DNA from: Psammoneis japonica
Taxonomy: Eukaryota
Direction: 5' to 3'
Length of the DNA stretch: 64,000 nt
NCBI GenBank assembly: GCA_008632985.1
Contig: QPGO01000197.1
Location: forward strand, 1 to 64,000
The translations under genes were made by a program, and so were the position numbers. Shown piece by piece: positions 63,108 to 64,000 of this stretch; within the stretch, counting starts at the first letter, position 1; each line of letters starts with the position of its first letter. The notes below the pieces were generated by a model. That model saw nothing but the letters and a program-made list of their open reading frames with translations, ran no database searches and was not told where the DNA came from.

Positions 63108-63893
63108 ATGATGGCCAGCACTTCTTATGAATTTTTAGATGCCATTCGACAGGGAAATGTGGATCGAGTTCGAAGAATCCTTCAAGAAGGACAGGACGTG
63201 AACGCCCCGCTAACATGTCTGCTTGACGAAACAGAATTTCCAATCTTTTTTGCTCTCCAGCTCCGAGACGACGACATGTTAGAGCTCCTACTGGAATGCG
63301 GTGCTCATGTGAACCAGGTTTTGACACAAGGTTCTACGCCGCTGCATGTAGTTGCTTGTTACTCTCGTCCCGACCGTGTATCCAAAGCACAATTTCTGCT
63401 GTCGCATGGTGCTGAAGTGGATTCCCGAAATGGTTTTGGCTCCACGCCTCTGCATCATGCTGCCTATTCCGGGAACGATGCTGTTGCAGAGCTCTTGATA
63501 CAAAATGGCGCTGATTTGAATGCAGTGAATAGAGCGGGGCAAACCCCGCTGCACATTGCATGCAATGGCAAGGAGAATTTGGCTCGCTTGCTGATTGAAC
63601 GAGGCGCAAATATGAATGCTGTTGACAACGGGGGGTGCATTCCGATTAATTATTGTTTAATCGGAATGGTCCATGAACCCATAAGATTGCCCTTGCTGGA
63701 AGGTCATGTGAAAGAGCTGTTGGGTGTTGACAACGCCCATCCGGGTTTATGGGCGCAGGCGTTTGCAACAGTCGGACACAAGAAAACCCCGAGAAGGCTA
63801 AGTTTGCTGTTTACTCTGTTTCAACAGAAACCCGATTTGTTTGGCTACTTACAACAAGATCAGAATCCAAGGAAGCGCAAGAGGTCCAATTGA
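63108..63893 (+). CDS. Ankyrin-repeat protein
   Basis: GSTPLHVVA, GSTPLHHAA, GQTPLHIAC repeats. C-terminal PRKRKR NLS-like motif. Confidence 0.9.
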   Translation: MMASTSYEFLDAIRQGNVDRVRRILQEGQDVNAPLTCLLDETEFPIFFALQLRDDDMLELLLECGAHVNQVLTQGSTPLHVVACYSRPDRVSKAQFLLSHGAEVDSRNGFGSTPLHHAAYSGNDAVAELLIQNGADLNAVNRAGQTPLHIACNGKENLARLLIERGANMNAVDNGGCIPINYCLIGMVHEPIRLPLLEGHVKELLGVDNAHPGLWAQAFATVGHKKTPRRLSLLFTLFQQKPDLFGYLQQDQNPRKRKRSN

Positions 63894-64000
63894 TTTCTTC
63901 CTTTCTTCCCACCCTCGTTGTTATTTCATCTACAGAAAGGTACCACGTTCTTCTTTATGTAGCATTAGTTTGATTCTGTGTCAGAGCATGATGTATACTC

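Overview
Eukaryotic genomic DNA, most likely from a diatom (short GT-AG introns, an ASAF-like bipartite targeting peptide, diatom-type LRR and lipase families, an Ambal-like non-LTR retrotransposon). About 16 host genes (ATG1 kinase, TCAIM-like, class 3 lipase, LRR membrane protein, aldo-keto reductase, ankyrin, RING, EF-hand, TMEM220-like, FeeM-like GNAT, ELWxxDGT/TSP3 protein) alternate with blocks of transposon-derived or duplicated DNA. The main observation is that these repeat blocks (about 1.56-3.36, 5.3-9.4, 12.1-21.5, 23-34.2, 49.4-51.56 and 58.8-60.5 kb) have lost most or nearly all TpA dinucleotides, while neighbouring genes keep them. Comparisons inside the window show the direction is TpA to TpG or CpA, i.e. 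A:T to G:C transitions on both strands. The evidence is a mutated versus intact MITE pair, a mutated versus intact tandem gene pair, a decayed host paralog, and Tyr to Cys/His changes in conserved retrotransposon motifs. Surviving TpAs are mostly YTAR, implying a 5'-TAY target. In the LINE, TpA loss occurred while CpG stayed abundant. This looks like a repeat-targeted, RIP-like hypermutation system with the opposite chemistry to fungal RIP. The enzyme is not visible in this window, and I cannot confirm novelty without a literature search. All counts and alignments were done by eye.
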